Source: the human T2T-CHM13v2.0 reference genome, Homo sapiens. From it: 64,000 nt of DNA. The position numbers and the translations under genes were made by a program. A model generated the notes under the pieces. The model did not search any database. It was not told the origin of the DNA and saw only the letters and a program-made list of their open reading frames with translations. Positions 57,225 to 64,000 of this stretch are shown here, piece by piece; the stretch's first letter is position 1, and the number at the start of each line of letters is the position of its first letter. The stretch lies in NCBI RefSeq assembly GCF_009914755.1, contig NC_060929.1. One strand, given 5' to 3'.

Positions 57225-58953
57225 AAATCGGGAAAGAGGAGGTACAACTGATGCCACAGAAACACAAAGGATTATAAAGGCTATTATTAACACTTATATA
57301 CCAGCAAATTATATAACCTAGAAACAACAGATAAATTCTTAGAAACAGGTTATATAAGGTTAAATTCTTATAACCTACCCAGACTCAATCATGACGAAGT
57401 AGAAAATCTGAACAGACCTATAATTAGTAAGGAGATTGAGTCAGTAATCAAAAATCTCCCAACAAAGAAAAGCCCAAAACAAGATGGCTTCATGGGAGAA
57501 TTCTACCAAACATTCAAAGAAGAATTAACACCAATCCTTGTCAAACTCGTCCAAAATATTGAAGAAGAGGGAACACTTCCAAACTGATGTTATGAGGCCA
57601 GCATTACCCTAATACCAAAGCCAGACAAGGATACTACCAGAAAAAAAACTACAGGCCAGTATCTCTGATGGGTATTGATGTAAAAACTCACAAGAAAATA
57701 CTAGAGAATGGCATACAATAGCACATTTAAAGAATTATACATTTATAATCACGTGGGATTTATCTGTGGGATGCAAGGATAGTTCAACATAAAAAATTCA
57801 TAAATATAATACACCACATCAAAAGAACAGAGGACAAAAATGGCATGATTATCTCAGTTAATCCAGAAAAAACATTTCACAAAATTTAACAACTTTCATG
57901 ATAAAAACATTCAACACACTAGTAATAGAAGAAAACTACTTCAACATAATAAAGTCATATATGAAAACCCCACAGCTAACATCATACTCAATGATGGATA
58001 CATAGAGAACTCCTACAACTCAGTAACAAAAACCAAATAACTCAATTAAAAAAATGATCAAAGGACTTCAGCAGACATTTATCTAAAGAAAATAAACAAA
58101 TGACCAACAGCATATTCACAGATGCTCAACATCACTAATCATTAGGAAAATGCAAAGCAAAACCAGAGTGAGATATTACCTCACCCCCATTAGGATGGCC
58201 ACCATAAAAAAAAACAGGAAAACAAATGTTGATGAGGATGTAGAGTAATTGGAACCCTTGTTCCAATTGTAACAGGAGAAGAAACAGGCTTCAGCAGTGC
58301 AATCCTGAAGACAAAACACTGTTGGTGGGATTGTAAAATGGTGCAGCATGATGGAAAACAGTATAGAGATTACTTGAAAAATTAAAAATAGAATTGCCAT
58401 ATGATTCAGCAATCCCACTTCTGAGAATTTTTACAAAAGAACTGAAAACAGGATCTCGAAGAGACATTTGCACACCCATATTCATTGTAGCATTCTTCAT
58501 AATTGCCAAGATGTGGAAGCAACCTAAAAGCCATCGGTAGAATGAATAGATAAAGAAAATGTGGCATATACACAAAATGGAATATCATTCAGCTTTTAAA
58601 AAGAAGGAAGTCCTAGTACATGCTACAACAAGGTTCATACCTTAAAGACATTAGGTTAAATGAAATAAGCCAATCACAAAAAAAGACAAATATTGCCTGA
58701 TTCCACTTCTGTAAAGTGTCTAAAGTAATCAAACTCATAGAAACAGAAAGTCAAATGGTGGTTGCCAGAGGCTGGGGACACAGGGAACCAGGAGCTATTC
58801 AATGGGTATAGGGTTTCAGTCATGCCGAATGAACTTTCTAGAGCTCTGTTTGTTATACAACAATGTGCATGGCATATAGTTAACAATACTGTACACTAGA
58901 AAATGGTTAAGAGGGTAAGCTTATGTGTTTTCTGGCTGCAATTTAGACAAAAA
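57225..58953 (+). mobile_element. L1MA/L1MB fragment (ORF2 part + 3' end) with internal deletion
   Basis: ACAACTGATGCCACAGAAA...GAATTCTACCAAACATTCAAAGAAGAATTAACACCAATCC... jumps at ~57995 to the late-ORF2 region; the 3'UTR follows. Confidence 0.88.
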
Positions 58954-61900
58954 ACACGATGAAAGCAAGGGCCAGAGTGACGGGATGACATGCCCACCAT
59001 CAGGAAGTTGGCCAAATCCAGATCATTGGCATTTTTCCTGCCTCTTGTCACCTCCTCTTGTCCTGATTTCTGTTTTATTTGTAACAGCATTTCAGAAATG
59101 TGAGATGGGCTTTAGAGATGATTGCTCTAGAAGAGAATCAATTCTTTGTTGAACCGTGATGTCTCCACTTTAAATGTTTACCTGTATCTTTGTGGTTTGC
59201 TCCTTACACTTCAACTGGCTTTTAAATTGAGTTTGTGGTTGTATTGTAAATAATTATACATTAATATTGCACTCGGCTTTTGCTGCCTTTCAAGCACAGA
59301 GCTCAAGGTCCTTCTGAGGCAGTTAAAATTCAGGATTTGCTTACCAGATGAAATGGAAGCTACATTATGGGGAGAAAAATTTGAGACCTAGAAAGGGTAA
59401 AGAACTTATCTAACATTACAATGCCATTTTTGTTTGGAGGGGAACAAGTTTCAAGTTTAAATCATTTAAAGCTTCTCCACCCTCCCCTCAGGTCACAGGA
59501 CAATGATTTGCTTCACACTTTAGCTGTAGAAAGTAAAATGTAGGAAATAGAGAAGTTTTAATACCAGTGGGCCCACATTTTGCCCTTGGAAATGCCCTCC
59601 TCCCCACCAGCCTGTGTTCTACTCTGACCACATTTCCCTGGCTCTGACACCTTTCTGCATATTTTCATAACTTTGGGGTAACTGAGACTTTGAGATGAGT
59701 GGGAGCATGGGAAACAGTCCCCAGAGGAGGAATTTCTGCTTGTTGAAAATGAGAAGCGCCCGCAAATGGAACTTAACAGCAAAAGGTGTCCTGAGTCATC
59801 ATTCAGTCCTCGCTGTGGCAGTCATAATTCATGATATCCTGAGCCCTTCATAGGTTCCTGAGAATAACGATGGCTGCCTCCTTAGGCACCCATTTGCCAG
59901 GCACGGGGCACAGCTGGGCAGACAGCCCCCCTCTGGGAATTGAAGCTGGGCACCTGGTCAGCTGGCCTGGTTCTGCTCAGGTTCTTGGCTGAGAAAACAG
60001 AGACTGCCAGTTCTTTATACCATCTTCCCTGATTATTTGCTTTTTTTTCCGTGAACATGTCTAAGGAGGGTTCCAGAAAATATGTAACTCTGCAACACAT
60101 AGAGAGGGCAGACAGCTAGCACAGGGGGGTCTGGGCTGGAGGCTTCTCCAAGGCCCTGCTGCCTAGCCACAGACAAGTGGCCTGAGCCCCCGGAGCCCTG
60201 GGCCTCTGAGGGTTGTCCGCTGGGTGCCTGTTGAGCCCCTGGATCTGTGTGTTTGGGGCTCCCTACTGGCCGGGGACTCTCGCCTTGCATTCCTTGCCTT
60301 GATCCGCCTCTGGGCCTCCCGTCTGACCTCCGGGGCCTGGGTGTTGGCCCGGATTTATGACCCTGAGCTTCTTTTTATCTCTTCGGGAAGTAAACGTTTT
60401 GGTTGGAAAGTTTTTCAATTTCCTCCTGGCCTGGACCAAACCGCTCATATTTCCAAGGGCAAGATTCCCCTCTCCTCACAGGTTCTTGTGCCCTGAAGTG
60501 TAATTAGGAGCCTCACTCCACCTGCAGACAGGCTCCTGCAAATGCTTTGATGGTGGTGACCACGACAAAGACAGCAGGCTGCTCTATGCTTACCCAAACC
60601 TCACATTTGCGGAGTAGAGTTATTGGTTTTTTTTGTTTGTTTGTTTTTAGCAGCTGTAGACACAAGCCACTCCCCTGCAGACCTCCTCCTCTGATTCCCA
60701 AAGGAAAAGACCTTTCCAAAATGTATATGAGAGGCAGGGGCACAAGTTCTTGAAGCTGGATGACCGTTGATTGCCTTCCCCTAAGTGTGCCCTACAAGAC
60801 AATTACAAACTCTCTTGAGCCACAGTCTCTCAGGAGAGGGCTAGAAACCAATACTTTTACCGAGTGTCCCAGGTCCTTCTGCTGCACCCGAAAGCTTTAG
60901 AACTGCTGCTGTAGAAACTGTGCAGCAGATGGAATGGGGCAAAGCGAATCTTAGTCCTCTTGCTTTTAATCCCCTTGAAACCCTAAGCATTGTTCTCAAG
61001 AAAAGAACATGAACCCAGGACAGTTCAGCCATGTCGCATATTGGGCCTCTCACCAATAACAGTGCTCCATGGTTTTATTTATTTTTTTGCCGAAAGTTTC
61101 CATCCAATTACACACGCATCTTTTTTTCTCCTCCACAGTGTCCCATCCTTCCAACTCCCATACTCACCCTCCCAAGCAGTTTCCCTCTTAGCCTGGTCCC
61201 CAACACGATGTCATTTGAAAGTCAGGGCATCCCTTTTATACCGTCGTGAATATCTTCCAATCTGATGGGTCCTTTTATCCTGAAACGCTTCACCCGCTTT
61301 CCACCCCAGCATAACTTCACCCACCACTGAAGTACCGCCAGCCGGCTCAGGAGGGTGAGCGGCAGCTGTTGCCCTGTTTAGGGCAGGAAGTGAAGAAGAA
61401 CATGATATTCAATTAAAACTGCAGGGGGAATTCAGCGAGACAGCAGGGTCTAATGGAGACTGATGGCCTGGGAGACCAGCCGGTCTGAGTTCCATTCCCA
61501 TCTCTGCCACCGGCTCACAGGGGTGACCTTGGGTCTGTCACTAAAACTTTCTGGGCCTTCGTTTCATCTGAAAAATGGTAGTGATGATACCTGCATCCTC
61601 ACAGGAATAGTTACGAGGATTAGGGAGATTAGAAAAATACACAGGGCTCTTTTGATCCCTTTAAAGTCAGCAGTGAAGGATGGATGGATGCAGAAAGCGG
61701 TCTTAGGCTAAGTAGAATTGGCTGCCAACAACAGGATGTGATTTGAGGTGTAATCAAAAGTCGGCCGGTGCTGAGATAGCTCCCCTAGCAGCCTGTGAGC
61801 TGCTCTGAAATCCCACTGCTGGACTAGAGAGCCAGGCTAAAACACAAGTGTGACAAGTCGCAGCAATAACATACCATCAGCCTTTGCATGAGTTAGCTGG

Positions 61901-62125
61901 AGTAGGTTGCTGGTTTCCCAGGAGAAAAAAAAAATGGGCCCTGAGTGATTGAGGCCCTAGAACAGGTAACTATGACTGACGGAGAGTTTAGATAGAAAGA
62001 ATGCAGGAGCTCAGAGTCAGGGGAACTGTGGTTAGGGACTTTGTGGGGAGCAGAGTGGTGTGAGGAGAGTGCCAGAGCCATGGAGAATGTTAATTACAGA
62101 AGCTGATTTTCAAAGTACTACAATA

Positions 62126-62499
<374 letters not shown>

Positions 62500-62934
62500 T
62501 CATGTAAGACACTGTAGACATCACTTCTTACTAACCTTTGCTCTTTATAAAACTGGCGATCCTACATTATGTGTTCATGACACCAAGAAAAAGCATTGCC
62601 CTCGTGAAAGTGCTATGATGATGATGATTGCAGCTGTGCGGGCCAGTATTATCATTTCAATTTCAGTCGGTACCCATTTGTTGAGTGTCATCACACTAGG
62701 GAGGATGGTGGGGGAGGAACAGCATGGGATTTGGCGTCCTGGGGCTTGGGTTGGATTCCCAGCTCTGTCACTTTGTTCTGGAACCTTGGATACTTAAGCT
62801 TTCAGGGATCCAGTTTCAGCTGGTAAATTGGGATAACAGACCTACCTCACATGCTTTCCAGAGGATCAGATGAGGTGATGCAGTGTGAAAAAGCCATGCT
62901 GGATGTGACAGAGGGCTACACAAAGGTGAGCTGC

Positions 62935-63240
62935 TGTCTAAATCAGGACAGGCTGGGGTCTGCTGCTGTAACAAACAAACAGTAACCTGACATTTCAATG
63001 GCTGCATGTCAGCCACAAGTCAGCCTAGGGGGCACTCTGCTCATCAGAGTCACACAGGGACACAGGCTCCTGGAGGAGCCCTTAGCTGCCTGCTCAGGAA
63101 AAAAATATGGTAGAGTCTGCATTGGCTCTGAAAGCTTCTGCTTACCTTTCATTAGCCACAGAAAGTCACATGGCCACATCGACTTCCAGTGAGCAGGGAA
63201 GTGCCATCCTATCATGTGTCAGAAGGAGATAGAGTTGGAA
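62935..63240 (-). mobile_element. MLT1K/L-like LTR remnant
   Basis: GCTGCTGTAACAAAC...CTCTGCTCATCAGAGTCACACAGGGAC...AAGTCACATGGCCAC...GGGAAGTGCCATCCTATCATGTG. Confidence 0.65.
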
Positions 63241-64000
63241 TATTTATTCACAGCCTATGACCCGAACAGTTGCTACTCTACAAGGCTGGATAAGATGTGG
63301 TCCTTGTCCTCAAGACGCTTACCAGAGCTCACCTCAAGATCCCTACCCAGGGGTTTTGGAAACATCTCCAGGAAAGTGTACCCTCTTCTTTCTGCCATGG
63401 ATCCCTGCCCCTGCCTGCCCACCACACGGCCAGGGCCTCATCACTTCTAGCTACCACATGAATGGCTTTGCTAAAAGCAGCTAGAACACCCACATGCTTC
63501 CCTGGCCTCTGCCACTCTTGTTGTAAAATAACCTCCAAGGCCTCTTTTTCGGAGCTTGTGCCTTCCCTTTGTCCTTCACCCAGATGTTGAGGAGAGGTGC
63601 CCAGGTGGCCAGGTTCGTGACGATCCCCCAGGCTGCAGCTAATTGCACCATGCTTGAATGCAGCTGGGAGGAACAGCTCTTTGCTTGCCTGGAGCCCTTC
63701 TTGTACCAGATGTCTGCGGACCTTCCCACCGCCCAAGCTCAGGTCTTACTGCCTTTAGGGAAAGAATGAAACAGGAAAGCTTAGCTCATTTGGTGTCTCT
63801 CACCCCAGGTTAGAACCATCTTTCTGTTCTTCTGCTGGAGCAGAGACATCTCTGTAGCTCCCTTCTCCATCACCCAGAGATTCCTGGGGTGGCCTGAGAC
63901 TCACCAAAGCCTTTTTCTTCCTTCCTCTTGAGTGGTGTCCCTTCTCCTTGGACACTTTAGTTGGAGTCCTGAGAGAGAGAATGAAAGAGTTTAATGCAAT

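Overview
This is hominoid (most likely human) intronic or intergenic DNA dominated by interspersed repeats. I recognise no host protein-coding exon, RNA gene or CRISPR array, and nearly all short ORFs in the track are repeat- or microsatellite-derived. The main feature is a full-length L1PA2/late-L1PA3 LINE-1 on the minus strand (~40570-46607). Both of its ORFs are in register with one nonsense codon each, the YY1 site is intact, ORF0 is open, and 25 bp of extra 5' sequence lies inside the target-site duplication (TSD). Also present are about 10 Alus, several L1 3' fragments with TSDs, a Tigger3-type element, MER MITEs, MaLR LTRs, MIR/L2 remnants, a 160-bp all-purine GAA/GAG tract and a few CpG- or motif-rich unique segments that may be enhancers. 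I found no evidence of a new multi-gene system. The most interesting signals are mutational scars readable from the sequence: probable L1 5' and 3' transductions, a templated Alu+flank copy, a patchwork insertion and a young 100-bp tandem duplication. Repeat family names come from my recall of consensus sequences, not from a database search.
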